DNA from: Candidatus Marinacidobacterales bacterium
GTDB lineage: Bacteria; Acidobacteriota; Vicinamibacteria; Marinacidobacterales; SMYC01
Direction of reading: 5' to 3'
Assembly (NCBI GenBank): GCA_965262245.1
Contig: OZ253507.1
Location: 2,268,690 to 2,332,689 of the forward strand
Length of the DNA stretch: 64,000 nt
The position numbers and the translations under genes were made by a program. Each line of letters opens with the position of its first letter. Position 1 is the stretch's first letter. This document shows positions 29,869 to 40,341 of this stretch, piece after piece. The notes beneath the pieces were generated by a model. The model saw nothing but the letters and a program-made list of their open reading frames with translations, was not told the origin of the DNA and searched no databases.

Positions 29869-31681
29869 ATGCTCCAACCGGTGCTGAGACGATTAGTTTT
29901 TTGGGGGCTCGCCGTCGCTTGGGGGTCGACGGCTTTTGCGCAGATCGAGCTTCCGACCCCCGCGTCCCATTACGAGGATTACGACCCCGAAAAAGCGGCT
30001 CAGACCCTCATGCTGCAGCTCGCCGTGCGGGTCCCAGAAGCCCGCCGCGCGCGGGCCATGGAGCTATTCGAGCGCGCAAAAGCCGGAGACCCGCACGTGC
30101 TCACGGTCGCCGAGGCACGGGAGCTGCTGGAATCGGCGGATTGGACCGATTTTCGTCCCGATCTGTTGCGACTCTTGCTGCATGGCTCGAACGTTCTCGG
30201 CGTAGTGCCGACCGATTATGCGCACTGGACGCCGCTCGTTCACGACGCGCTCTTGTTGTTCCTCGACCAACTGAGCGAAGAGCGGCTCATCGAACGGGTC
30301 GTCGCTCAAGCGAACTTGCCGCGGGATGCGAGCCGCGGCGCGCGAGCGCTCGCGTTCATTGTCAATACGCCGAGCCTCCAGAAACTCGCGCAAATCCTCG
30401 CGAGAAACCAGGGCATCGACGCGGATTTCCGCGCCGCGCTCCAGACGGTGGAGAACGGGCTCGAGACCGCGCAGTATGACGCCGTCTTCGCGCAAATCGA
30501 GAGCGAGCTGAGTGCTTCGGTGTGGAAACAGTACGAGCTCGAGCTCGACGATACTCTGCTGGGGGGAGGCAAGCGTCGGCGCCGTTGTTGCTGCAACGTT
30601 CAAAGATCCCGAAACCGGAGAGACGGAGCGCGCCGCGTGCAAGGTCTTGAAACCCTACGCGGTATCGGCGCTCGCGGAAGATTTGGTGATCATCGATCAC
30701 GTGCTTCTCTTCCTCGAGGAAAATGCGGAGCTCTACGATCTCGGCGCGACACCGCTCGTCGAGATCTTCTTGGAGATTCGCCAGGCGCTGTCGCGGGAGG
30801 TACGGGTCAAGGATGAGCAGCAGAATCTCGCGCGTGCGCACGTCTACTACGCCGACCAGCCGAAAGTCCTCGTCCCCGCGCTCTACCCGTTCTCGACCGA
30901 AAACCTCACGTGCATGGAGCTCGTTCGAGGCGTCAAGATCACCGACGCCTATATCGGCGACGGCGAAAAAAGGGCCAAGCTCGCCCGCCGGCTGAGCGAC
31001 GCCCTGATGTACGACGTCTTGTTCTCGCCCCATGACACCGCGCTCTTTCACGGAGACCCGCACGCGGGCAACGTGTTCCATGTCGAGGAAGGTGGCGAGG
31101 ACCCGTTTCGCATTGCCCTCATCGATTGGGGACTCGCGGCCGAGTTCAATCGTCGGGAGCGGGAAAAGATGGTGCAGCTGATGCTTGGTCTCTCATTGCG
31201 CCATGCGAAGCGCCTCGCGAACAATGTCGACGTTCTCATCGAGTGGGAGCCAGAGGGTCCGGAGGACATCGCCGCGATGAAAGCGCGCATGAAAGAGCTT
31301 CTCGCGGAGGAGAGCGCCGAAGGGATGTTCGCGCTTCTCGACAAGCTCATCGCGCGTCTCGCTCGGGAAGGCTACTCCCTGCGCTTCGACGCGACGATGT
31401 TCATCAAATCGCAGCTGACGGTCTCCGGGATCCTGGCGGAGCTCGATCCTGAATTCGAACAGGACGAATATGTGATGGGGCGTATGGCGAGCCAGGTCAC
31501 GAGCGAGCTCGGGAAGCGGCTTTTGCGCACGGTCTATTTTCCGAAGTGGAACTCTCACGACTATCCGAGCATGATGTCCAACGAGGACGTCAAAGACGTC
31601 CAGTGTCAGAAGATTGGACGCGGCTTCAAAGCGTTCGGAAAAGCGATCTGGAAGGGCGTCACCTTCCAATGGCTGTTCTAG
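29869..31681 (+). CDS. ABC1/UbiB-family atypical kinase with N-terminal signal-like segment; +1 frameshift in a G6 run
   Basis: ORF 29869.. ends its sensible sequence at ...ELELDDTLLG. ORF 30512.. continues as EASVGAVVAATF..., then HGDPHAGNVF, IDWGLAAEF (ABC1 kinase motifs). Deleting one G of GGGGGG (30561..30566) restores the frame. Confidence 0.7.
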
Positions 31682-31697
31682 ATTCACCGAGGAGGTC

Positions 31698-32912
31698 ATG
31701 ATGCGACATCGTTTCTCGCGGCGCGGGTTTCTCTCCGGGCTTGGTCTTGCGTCGCTCTCCGGTGGCCTCGGCCGCCCTGTAGCCGCCTCCGAGGCTGCGG
31801 CGACAGATGTCTACGCCGATCTCGGCGTGCGTCCTTTCATCAATGCCGCGGGAACCTATACCGCGCTCAGCGGCTCGCTTCTGCTGCCGGAGGTGCGTGC
31901 GGCGATGGACGAAGCGTCGCGCGCTTACGTCTCGCTCGGCGAGCTTCAGGAAGCCGCCGGTGCCCGCATCGCCGAGCTCGCGGGTGCTGAGGCAGCGCTC
32001 GTCACGTCGGGCTGCGCGGCTGCTCTGACCCTGGCCACGGCGGCCTGCGTTCTCGGCGAAGACGAAGAGGCCATCCGACGCGCGCCGGATACGGACGGAT
32101 TGAAAAACGAAGTGATCTTTCTCAAAGAGCATCGCTTCGGCTACGACCATGCCATCCGGAACGTCGGCGTCAAGATCGTCGAAGTCGAGTCCAAGGAGGC
32201 TATGCAGAGCGCGATCAACGACCGTACGGCGATGCTGTTCTTTCTCAACTTCGCGAATAACCGCAGCCCCATGACGCGGGAAGAAGTAGCGGCCTTGGGA
32301 AAAGAAAAGCGCGTCCCCACTCTGGTCGACGCAGCGGCCGACCTGCCGCCGGTTGGTAATCTCCGCGCTTACAACGATATGGGCTATGACCTCGTCGCTT
32401 TCAGCGGGGGAAAGGCGCTCCGAGGTCCTCAATGTTCCGGGATCTTGATGGGAAGAGGCGATCTCATCCGTGCGGCCTATCTCAATGGGCCTCCGCATTC
32501 GAACTCGGTCGGGCGCATCGCGAAAGTGGGCAAGGAAGAGATCGTGGGGCTCACGAAAGCCGTGGAGCTCTACACGAAGCGGGACCACGAGGCTGAGTGG
32601 GAAGCTTGGGACGACGCGGTGAGCCATATCCTCGAAAACGTTGCGAGAGTGCCCGGCGTTCGCGGCGAGCGCTTCGTTCCCGAGATCGCGAACGCGGTGC
32701 CGCACGCGGCGATCCTATGGGATCCGAAGCGCATTACGCTGACGCGACAAGACTTCGTCGACGCTCTCAGAGAAGGGGACCCTCGCATCGAAGTGCGGCC
32801 GAGCGATCCGGGAGAGCCTCGGCTCGAGATTGGGGTGTGGATGATGGAGCCCGAGGACCATCTCGTCGTGGCCAAGCGGTGCCGCGAGGTCTTGGAGGAG
32901 GCGCGGGCGTGA
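31698..32912 (+). CDS. SelA/DgaE-family PLP-dependent enzyme with twin-arginine signal
   Basis: RBS GGAGG then ATG; Tat motif SRRGFLSGLGLASLSGG. Fold-type I PLP enzyme similar to L-seryl-tRNA(Sec) selenium transferase-like proteins (FSGGKALRGPQCSGIL). Confidence 0.65.
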   Translation: MMRHRFSRRGFLSGLGLASLSGGLGRPVAASEAAATDVYADLGVRPFINAAGTYTALSGSLLLPEVRAAMDEASRAYVSLGELQEAAGARIAELAGAEAALVTSGCAAALTLATAACVLGEDEEAIRRAPDTDGLKNEVIFLKEHRFGYDHAIRNVGVKIVEVESKEAMQSAINDRTAMLFFLNFANNRSPMTREEVAALGKEKRVPTLVDAAADLPPVGNLRAYNDMGYDLVAFSGGKALRGPQCSGILMGRGDLIRAAYLNGPPHSNSVGRIAKVGKEEIVGLTKAVELYTKRDHEAEWEAWDDAVSHILENVARVPGVRGERFVPEIANAVPHAAILWDPKRITLTRQDFVDALREGDPRIEVRPSDPGEPRLEIGVWMMEPEDHLVVAKRCREVLEEARA

Positions 32913-32962
32913 GGGGCTCGCGTTGACATCGAGCCGCTTTCGACCTATCGTCGCCCTACCCC

Positions 32963-33988
32963 ATGACGGAAAAATCGGATGAGCTCACCTGGCTGAGCAC
33001 CGTATCTCTACTAGTCCTCGCCGGAGTTGCTCTCGCGGTCGCGCTCATCTATACGCGCGCGGTCATGGTTCCTTTCGTTCTAGCCATATTGTTCTCCTAT
33101 CTCGTCGGTCCCATCGTGGACTGGATGCAGGTGAAGCCGAAGATGCCGCGCGGCGTGTCCATTCTCTTCGCACTTCTCGTCGTGCTCGGGCTCATTACCC
33201 TCATCATCATGCTCATCACAGTCTCGGCGCGCGGGATTGCCGCGAGCGCTCCAATTTATCGCGAGCGCCTCGCGAGCATGGCCCAGAGCATCTTTTCGAT
33301 CCTCGACCGGTTCGACATCGACCTCGGCCAGTCCGCCATCCTCGACGCTCTGAAAGACCTTCCCGTATTCAGCTTCGTCCGGTCCACGGCTGGAGGCGTC
33401 GTGAGCTTCATCACGAACGGATTTCTCGTTTTGGTGTTTACTATTTTCCTGCTCGCCGGCAGGGCACCGGGCGAGGTGCGCGTCGGGATCTATCGCGAGA
33501 TCGACGACAAGATCCGGCGCTACCTCGTCACGAAAGTCACCACCTCGGCGGCGACCGGAATCTTGGTCGGCATCATTCTCGGCATCCTTGGGCTCGACCT
33601 CGCCTTCGTCTTCGGGGTGCTCGCTTTCTTTTTGAACTTCATTCCCAATGTCGGCTCGCTCATCGCGATTTTACTCCCGCTGCCGCTCGCGATCGTGCAG
33701 TTCGACAGCTGGGTACATATCGGTCTCATCCTGGCCCTTCCCGGCGCGGTGCAGCTGACGATTGGAAACGTGATCGAGCCCAAGCTCATGGGGGAAGGGC
33801 TGCAACTCCATCCGGTCTCGATCCTGCTCGCTCTCGTTTTTTGGGGTTTGATTTGGGGTGTGGTCGGCATGTTGCTTGCCGCGCCGATCACCGCGGTGCT
33901 GCGGATTGTGCTCGACCGGTTCGAGACGACGCGTCCTTTTGCCGAAATACTCGCGGGCCGCCTGCCCGGCGCCGAAGCGCCCGCGTGA
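32963..33988 (+). CDS. AI-2E family transporter (PerM/YdiK-like, UPF0118)
   Basis: 8-TM profile and the characteristic FIPNVGSLIAILLPLPLAIVQF...PGAVQLTIGNVIEPKLMG signature. Confidence 0.8.
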   Translation: MTEKSDELTWLSTVSLLVLAGVALAVALIYTRAVMVPFVLAILFSYLVGPIVDWMQVKPKMPRGVSILFALLVVLGLITLIIMLITVSARGIAASAPIYRERLASMAQSIFSILDRFDIDLGQSAILDALKDLPVFSFVRSTAGGVVSFITNGFLVLVFTIFLLAGRAPGEVRVGIYREIDDKIRRYLVTKVTTSAATGILVGIILGILGLDLAFVFGVLAFFLNFIPNVGSLIAILLPLPLAIVQFDSWVHIGLILALPGAVQLTIGNVIEPKLMGEGLQLHPVSILLALVFWGLIWGVVGMLLAAPITAVLRIVLDRFETTRPFAEILAGRLPGAEAPA

Positions 33989-34059
33989 ACCCACGTCGCC
34001 GCCCATCGTTTGTACCGGCTTCGTGACTGCTATACCATCGCTTTGGTGCGGGGGATGTA

Positions 34060-34482
34060 GTGAGCGAAGATATCGAAAGCGTATGCCGGGAGATCCAGCA
34101 ATTGCTCGACGCCCTTCGACACGACCTCCTCGAGGGCAGCGTCAGGCTCTTTCGCGAGCATTTTGCGGACGACGCTGTCGTTCCAGCCTTTGACGATCCG
34201 CGCATCTTCGTCGGCAAAGAAAGCTCCATCGAATATATTCGGGGTCTTTCGCAGCTAACCAAATTTCGAACACTCGACGGCGAGATCGAGCACTTCAAGC
34301 TTCATGGCGATGTTGCAATCGTGCTCGAGCGCGGCACGTCGCGCTACGAAGTTCGAGGTCAGATGTATCAGGACACGGGCCGGACAACGTGGGTACTTCT
34401 CCGCCAAGATAACCGGTGGCGGGTCACGCATTTTCACCTGGAGTCGATGGCGATTAATCCAATCGTCGCCCCAGAGAAGTGA
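34060..34482 (+). CDS. SnoaL-like/NTF2-fold protein (DUF4440-like)
   Basis: ~140 aa and small alpha+beta barrel pattern (...WVLLRQDNRWRVTHFHLE). Family-level guess only. Confidence 0.45.
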   Translation: MSEDIESVCREIQQLLDALRHDLLEGSVRLFREHFADDAVVPAFDDPRIFVGKESSIEYIRGLSQLTKFRTLDGEIEHFKLHGDVAIVLERGTSRYEVRGQMYQDTGRTTWVLLRQDNRWRVTHFHLESMAINPIVAPEK

Positions 34483-36970
34483 CCGCCTCCTCGATCGTCT
34501 GCGTCACCTCTCGATAATCCTGACTCTCACGAAACGAAAGCGCCCCGCCGAAACTAACGCGCACCGGGCCTCGCTTCGGCCAGCGGTCGTCGAACGACAG
34601 GATGTCGTAGAGCCCACTCAAGTGGATCGGGATAACGGGGATCTGAAGACGCACCGCTAAGAGTCCGACGCCGGCTTGGAAGGGCTCGATGGATCCGTCC
34701 CGCGTCAGCCGGCCTTCGGGATAGATCAAGATGGAGTAGCCCTTATCGGCCAGGGCGCCGGCGAAGCGGAGGCCGTCGCGGGTTCCCGCGCTCGTGCGCG
34801 CGAGCGGGAAGACGTTGGCGAGCACGATGGCGAGCCAATATTGGATCGCGGTGGAAAGCCGCTCCGAGGCGCTGCCCGTTTTCTTCAAATAGGCGTCGAA
34901 ATATTCTTGTTGCACTGCCGGCGCGACACGCCCGCGCCAAGCTAAAGGTAGCGCGGTGAGAATAGCGAGCGTGTCGAGATTGCTTTGATGGTTCGCGGCG
35001 AAGATGACCGGACCGCTCAGATTCTCGAGCTCCCCCTCGATTGTAAGGGGAAGATAGTGTCGGAAGAGAGGTCGGATGACGCTTTCGCGAAAAGCCGCAC
35101 GGGCGAAGCGCAACGGGGCGACGCGTCCGTAGCGCGCCAAGCCGCTGAGCGGCGCCCGGTCGGGCCCGCGCGCGCGTGCCGGCGCGGCGCTCTCGACAAA
35201 GCGCTCGAGCTCTCCGAGCGTGGTGACACGGGCCATCTCCTCCTCCGAGAGCTCCCGTCCGGTTTGTTCCTCGAGGCGCGTCAAAAGCTCGATACGGTCG
35301 AGCGAGCTCAGGCCAAGCTCTTCGCTCAGTTGGTCGGCGTCGCCCATCTTCTCGCTGGGTCGTCCGCGCTGCTCTGCCAGGAGCGCTCGCACGCCGCGAG
35401 TCGGTGGGGCTGACGCCGGCGCTTTCAGACGCGCGAGCACTTCGCTGCGCCGTATCTTGAACGTCGACTGCGTGCGCGGGAAGTCGTCTTCGGGCCAGAC
35501 GCTCCATGCGCGCACACGCTGGTGTGCTTCGAGCTCGGCATTGGCGTGCTTTATCGCGGCCTCGACCGCGGTGTGACCTTCGGCCATCCGTAGCACCGCG
35601 TGAATGACGTCACCCTTGTCGCTCGGCTGGCCGACAACGATAGCTTCCTTGATTTCCGGCTGTGCGTCGAGAACGGCTTCGACGTCAGCCGGGTAGACGT
35701 TCATGCCGTCCGCGCCGACGATGACGTCCTTCTTGCGTCCTTTGTAGTAGAGCTCGCCGTCGTCGCCCATCTCGCCGAGGTCTCCCGTGTGGAGCCATGC
35801 CTGCTCGGCCCGCCCGCCCGCGCCGAAATATTCGAGCGAGACGTTTTCGCCGCGGACGAGAATCTCTCCGTCCTCGGCGAGCTTTATCTGCTGGCTTCCC
35901 ACCGCTTTGCCAATCGCTCCACGCTTCGGGTGGAAGGGATGATTCGTCGCGACGAGAGAGCTCGTCTCCGTGAGCCCGTAGCCTTGGACGAGCACGAATC
36001 CGAGCCGCCACCACAACGCTTCGTCTTCGGGGGCGAGGTGCGCGCCGCCGGAAAGTATGGCCCAGAACTTCCAACCAAAAGCGGCATGCACGTCGCGGTG
36101 GCGCCACCAGCGCGCGAGCCCCCCGAGGACACCGACGCGTTGGCCGCCCGCATCTTCCTCCGGCTCGAGATCGAATCGGCGCTCGAGCTCGCCGCGCAAG
36201 CCCGACAGGAACCGGGGCACCGTGGTGAGCACCGAGATCCGCTCGCGCCGGATCGTCTCGATGATTGCCGAGGGATGGATCGCGTGCATGAAGGCCACCG
36301 AGCCTCCCATCACAACAGGGACGAAGAGCCCGGTGAACTGTCCGAAGACATGACTCAGCGGCAAGAGGTCGAGAAAGCGGATCGGCTGGAACGGGCGAGC
36401 ATAGAGGGCGTATTTGCGGATCTCGTTTTGGATGGGCGTGAGATTCGCGACGAGATTCTTGTGGCGATGCACGACGCCTCGGGGCTCTCCCGTCGTTCCC
36501 GAGGTATAGATGATTTGCACGATGTCGCTGGTTTTCGCAGCGACCGGCTCCAGGGGCTCCTCCGAATCGAGCCCGCCGACGTCCTGGAGTGAAAGTTGCG
36601 AGAGTGCTATCTCGTCATCGTCAGTGTCAGTGTCGACTTCGGCTCCGTGGACGAGAAGCTTTGCTTCGACGTCGCGCTGGACCCGCGTGACGAAAGCCTT
36701 CGAGGAGCGAAAATCGAGCGGGACCACCGTGACGCCGCGTGCGAGCGCCGCCCAGAAAACCGCGACCCATTCCGGCCGGTTCTCACCCCAGAGGAGAAGG
36801 CGATCGCCTGGCGCGAGACCGCGAGCGTCGAGCTCGCGGGCGGCCCCTCGTATGTGGCGGTAGAGCTCGCGATAGGTCCATTTCCGCGTGCGATAGCTGG
36901 TCGCGAGGACGATGGCCTCGCGGTCGCCGAGCGCCTCCATGTCTGGAAGGAGCTCCAGCAGAGAGTTCAT
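34454..36970 (-). CDS. Tri-domain acyl-AMP ligase - acyl carrier protein - lysophospholipid acyltransferase fusion (Aas-like, reversed domain order)
   Basis: AMP-binding motifs YTSGTTGEPRGVVHRH and GDLGEMGDDGELYYKGRKKD. PP-binding LSEELGLSSLDRIELL. PlsC-type acyltransferase FAANHQSNLD (HxxxxD) and ILIYPEGRLTRDG. Confidence 0.8.
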   Translation of the reverse strand: MNSLLELLPDMEALGDREAIVLATSYRTRKWTYRELYRHIRGAARELDARGLAPGDRLLLWGENRPEWVAVFWAALARGVTVVPLDFRSSKAFVTRVQRDVEAKLLVHGAEVDTDTDDDEIALSQLSLQDVGGLDSEEPLEPVAAKTSDIVQIIYTSGTTGEPRGVVHRHKNLVANLTPIQNEIRKYALYARPFQPIRFLDLLPLSHVFGQFTGLFVPVVMGGSVAFMHAIHPSAIIETIRRERISVLTTVPRFLSGLRGELERRFDLEPEEDAGGQRVGVLGGLARWWRHRDVHAAFGWKFWAILSGGAHLAPEDEALWWRLGFVLVQGYGLTETSSLVATNHPFHPKRGAIGKAVGSQQIKLAEDGEILVRGENVSLEYFGAGGRAEQAWLHTGDLGEMGDDGELYYKGRKKDVIVGADGMNVYPADVEAVLDAQPEIKEAIVVGQPSDKGDVIHAVLRMAEGHTAVEAAIKHANAELEAHQRVRAWSVWPEDDFPRTQSTFKIRRSEVLARLKAPASAPPTRGVRALLAEQRGRPSEKMGDADQLSEELGLSSLDRIELLTRLEEQTGRELSEEEMARVTTLGELERFVESAAPARARGPDRAPLSGLARYGRVAPLRFARAAFRESVIRPLFRHYLPLTIEGELENLSGPVIFAANHQSNLDTLAILTALPLAWRGRVAPAVQQEYFDAYLKKTGSASERLSTAIQYWLAIVLANVFPLARTSAGTRDGLRFAGALADKGYSILIYPEGRLTRDGSIEPFQAGVGLLAVRLQIPVIPIHLSGLYDILSFDDRWPKRGPVRVSFGGALSFRESQDYREVTQTIEEAVTSLGRRLD

Positions 36971-37461
36971 GTCGTCATCTTAGGCTCCATCAGAGTGCGC
37001 AGCCAGTCCTCTGGCATGCGCACGGCGACGACTTCACCTTTCGCGGTTTGGATTGCGTCCGCCGACAGCGTGACCTCCACGGTGACGACGCGCCCTCGGA
37101 TTTCTTTCGCGCGTCCCCGAAGCGTGAGCGTGACGCCGAGAGGAGTGGGCTTCAAATAATTGACATGCAGCGAGCCGGTCACGAATCGAAGCGGCGGCTC
37201 CGTCCCCATCTCGCGGCCTTCCGCCCTATGCGCCGCGGCCGCGGCGGTCCCGGTGCCGTGACAATCGATGAGGGACGCGATGAGCCCCCCATAGACGTAA
37301 CCGGGAAGCGCTATATGGTGCGGCTCGGGATCGAAACGGCAGATCGATACGTCTCCATCCCAGAAGCTCTCGATCCGGTGCCCGTGCTCGTTGAGCACGC
37401 CGCATCCATAGCAATGTTGTGTCTCCTCGGGGTAGAGCTCTTGAAAGCTCTTTGCAGTCAT
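36967..37461 (-). CDS. Hotdog-fold thioesterase (PaaI/4HBT-like)
   Basis: From ATG MTAKSFQELY; HGGLIASLIDCHGTGTAAAAA core. The upstream ORF extension to 37557 is not supported. Confidence 0.7.
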   Translation of the reverse strand: MTAKSFQELYPEETQHCYGCGVLNEHGHRIESFWDGDVSICRFDPEPHHIALPGYVYGGLIASLIDCHGTGTAAAAAHRAEGREMGTEPPLRFVTGSLHVNYLKPTPLGVTLTLRGRAKEIRGRVVTVEVTLSADAIQTAKGEVVAVRMPEDWLRTLMEPKMTT

Positions 37462-37475
37462 AGGCGTAGGTAGGC

Positions 37476-37835
37476 TCAGCGAGCCGCGGCGAGAAAGAGC
37501 AAAACCCAGCCGACGAGCAAAGCGACGCCGCCGAGAGGCGTCACCGCACCAAGCCAACGGATGCCGCTGATACTGAGAATGTAGAGACTTCCGGAAAAGA
37601 CAGCGATCCCGAGGGTGAAGGCCCAGCCCGCGGCGTTCGCGAAGCTTTCCGGGTTCTTGTCGGCGACCCAGGCTACCGCCAGCAGCGCGAGCGCGTGATA
37701 GACGTGGTAGCGGACGCCCGTCTCGAAGATGGCGAGCATGTCAGGGGAGAGCCGTTGGCGCAACCCGTGCGCGCCGAAGGCGCCGAGCGCTACGGCCAAG
37801 AACATGAGTGCGCTTCCTACCCGTATCCAGAACAC
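37476..37835 (-). CDS. DUF423 family membrane protein
   Basis: 119 aa, 4 TM helices, GAFGAHGL...YH motif typical of the YgdD/DUF423 family. Confidence 0.7.
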   Translation of the reverse strand: MFWIRVGSALMFLAVALGAFGAHGLRQRLSPDMLAIFETGVRYHVYHALALLAVAWVADKNPESFANAAGWAFTLGIAVFSGSLYILSISGIRWLGAVTPLGGVALLVGWVLLFLAAAR

Positions 37836-37849
37836 GGGTGGATTCTATC

Positions 37850-38536
37850 TCAAGCGGCCAGTGCGGCGAGCGCTTCCGGGTCTTGAATGATGACGCGGCC
37901 TTCCGCCACGGTGATGACGCCTCGGCGCCTCAGGCCCGAGAACGTGTGATTCACGATCTCGCGGCTCACGCCGAGTAGGTTTCCGAGCGCGGATTGGCTA
38001 AGCTTGATGCGAAGAAGAATGCCGCGGCTGTCAGGCACGCCGTAGTTTTGGCTGAGTTCGAGCAGCAGGTCGGCGAGTCGTTGCGGGGCGTTTTTGTAGA
38101 CGACGTCCATGAGGCGTTTTTCGAGCTTCTTTTGGCGTCGGCCCATCAGCTGTGCGAGCTTCATCAAGAGCTCGGGGCGGCGCTTCAGCATCGAACGGAA
38201 CCGCACTTCCGGCACGACGTACAACGTGGACGGCTCGAGGGCTTCCGCCATCGTTTCACGCGGCTCTTCGTCGAGCACGCCGGTCTCTCCAAAAAACGAG
38301 CCCGGCTCGACGATTTCCAAGATGAACTCCTTGCCGTTATCGGACAGCCGCGAGATCTTGATGCGTCCAGAGGCGAGAAAGTAGACGGCATCGGAACGGT
38401 CGCCCGGGAGATACAAGAGACGACCTTTTTCGGCGATGCGCGTCTGGCTCCGGGATTCGAGCTCTGTGAATTCTTCAAAATCGAGATTCTCGAACAGCGC
38501 GAAATCGCGCAGGTTCAACATTCGTCTCAGCTTCAT
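37850..38536 (-). CDS. Crp/Fnr-family transcriptional regulator
   Basis: cNMP-binding domain (FFGETGVLDEEPRETMAEAL) plus C-terminal HTH (LSQSALGNLLGVSREIVNHTFSGLRRRGVI). Confidence 0.85.
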   Translation of the reverse strand: MKLRRMLNLRDFALFENLDFEEFTELESRSQTRIAEKGRLLYLPGDRSDAVYFLASGRIKISRLSDNGKEFILEIVEPGSFFGETGVLDEEPRETMAEALEPSTLYVVPEVRFRSMLKRRPELLMKLAQLMGRRQKKLEKRLMDVVYKNAPQRLADLLLELSQNYGVPDSRGILLRIKLSQSALGNLLGVSREIVNHTFSGLRRRGVITVAEGRVIIQDPEALAALAA

Positions 38537-38617
38537 ATCTCCTCCGAAGGCCGTTACTCGCCTCTCGTTGAGTAGTTTTGCCGGGAGGACGGCTTTGGTT
38601 ACAGCTAAGACGCTTTT

Positions 38618-39625
38618 TTATCGAGCGGTCTGGCCGGGCTTCAACGGTTTTTGCAGCTCGCGCGGCTCATCCGGGTAGAGCTCGGCGACATAGCTCTCGT
38701 AGCCGTTGTAAATCGGCGTCGGGAAGGGCTCCCGGTTGTCGAGCCAATGCGAGGTCGCCTGGCTCCAGCGCGGGTGCGGGATATAAGAATTCACGTTCGA
38801 GATGAAGCCATATTCGTGCTTCTGGATTTGCCAAAACGTGCGGGGCGCTTTCGACGTGAGCTCGATCGTTACGATGGCTTTCGGGTTCTTGTAGCCGTAT
38901 TTCCACGGGACGGTGATGCGGATAGGGGCGCCATGCTGCTTGAGCAGAGGCTTCCCGTAGACGCCGGTGACCACCATGGCGAGCTCGTTCATCGCTTCTT
39001 CCATCCGGAGCCCCTCCCGATAGGGCCAAGGATAGTAATCCGCTTCGCGAACCCCCGGCATCTGGTTCCGTTTGAGCGCGCTTTCGAAGCTCACATATTT
39101 GGCGGAGTCTTTGGGCTCGACTTTGGCCAGGAGCTTCGAAAGAGGAAACCCCGTCCAGGGAACGTTCATCGCCCAGCGCTCGACGCAGCGGAAGTGGTAA
39201 ATCCGCTCTTCCTGATCGAAAGCGAGAAGGTCGTCGAGGTCGAAGGTCGCGGGCTTCGCGCACTCGCCCTTTACTTCGATCTTCCAAGGCACGACTTCGT
39301 AATCCGCCGTATGCCGCCATACCGGGCCGCCGCGTCCAGGTAGAAACTCGTAGAAATTGTTGTGCGACGCCGCGACTTCGCGAGGCGTGAGCGCCTTGCG
39401 CTCGATCGCCTCGGGCACTTTGAACGAAGCGTCACGAGGCGCCGGGAAGACATCCGTGTTCTCGTAAGGCGGCGTGAGCAGTTCGGCTTCGCCTGCGCCC
39501 GCGAAAAGAGATGGGCCCGTTGCGAGCCCAATTCCGAGGGCTGTCATGAAGCGGCGCCGATCGAAAAAGACGGATTCGGGCGTGACCGTATGAGACGGGA
39601 TTCTTGGGGTGAAGCGTTTCGACAC
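38618..39625 (-). CDS. msrP: Protein-methionine-sulfoxide reductase catalytic subunit MsrP (YedY; molybdopterin oxidoreductase) with Tat signal
   Basis: Tat motif DRRRFMTALGIGLA; sulfite-oxidase-family Moco domain (HNNFYEF, RCVERWAMNVPWTGFPL, YGYKNPK). Confidence 0.85.
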   Translation of the reverse strand: MSKRFTPRIPSHTVTPESVFFDRRRFMTALGIGLATGPSLFAGAGEAELLTPPYENTDVFPAPRDASFKVPEAIERKALTPREVAASHNNFYEFLPGRGGPVWRHTADYEVVPWKIEVKGECAKPATFDLDDLLAFDQEERIYHFRCVERWAMNVPWTGFPLSKLLAKVEPKDSAKYVSFESALKRNQMPGVREADYYPWPYREGLRMEEAMNELAMVVTGVYGKPLLKQHGAPIRITVPWKYGYKNPKAIVTIELTSKAPRTFWQIQKHEYGFISNVNSYIPHPRWSQATSHWLDNREPFPTPIYNGYESYVAELYPDEPRELQKPLKPGQTAR

Positions 39626-39669
39626 GGCGGACCTCCAGTACAGGGGATTCTAGCAAGCCTGGAGAGGTT

Positions 39670-40341
39670 TTACCTCTCCGCCCAGCTCTGGAGGCGCTGG
39701 CGCTCCCACCACATGCCGGCGAGAAGGCCAAGAAGCCCCATCACGAGAACCGCGCCAGTGTGCCACGGCACGATATGGCCGGGATGAGACATGCCGCAGT
39801 GAAGGCGATAGACACCCTCGGAGATGAACCCGCCGCCTAGACCACCGAGCAGTCCAGCGACTTTGGGCCGAAGCGGCAACCCGCGCGACAGGAGCGCGAG
39901 CACGAGGATCACTGGCGGCAAACCGAGAATCGAGATACGCCAGAAGCACATCGCCTCCATTTGCCAGCGCATAGATGGCCCGAAGCCGCTATGCGCGAGC
40001 GTCCAGTAAGCGCTTCCAACCTGGAACACGATGGCGACGAGCGGGAGGGCGACCCACCACGCCCAGCTGACGGTCGACTCGGGCGCTCGCTGGATGAGTG
40101 CGAGCACGAGCACGGCGTAGGCAGAGCCCACCATCAGGCTCGCCGGGATCCAGAGAGGGGCGGCGCCGATTTCGGCCGCGTCGCCGCGCAGCCCGAAAAC
40201 CATGAGCACGAGGCTCAACGAGAAAAGCGCTACCGGAAACGCAATCAAAGCACTCGCCCACGCGGGGCGGAGTGGGCGCACGGGCTTCAGATCCCGCGCG
40301 ACTTCACGGCGGATCCTCTCGAAAGAGCTATCTAGGTTCAC
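39670..40341 (-). CDS. Membrane anti-sigma factor, NrsF-like (DUF1109)
   Basis: Cytoplasmic N-terminus (RIRREVARDLKPVRPL) followed by ~6 TM helices. It overlaps the stop of the upstream ECF sigma gene. The arrangement matches the sigF-nrsF-msrP module known from Caulobacter. Confidence 0.5.
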   Translation of the reverse strand: MNLDSSFERIRREVARDLKPVRPLRPAWASALIAFPVALFSLSLVLMVFGLRGDAAEIGAAPLWIPASLMVGSAYAVLVLALIQRAPESTVSWAWWVALPLVAIVFQVGSAYWTLAHSGFGPSMRWQMEAMCFWRISILGLPPVILVLALLSRGLPLRPKVAGLLGGLGGGFISEGVYRLHCGMSHPGHIVPWHTGAVLVMGLLGLLAGMWWERQRLQSWAER

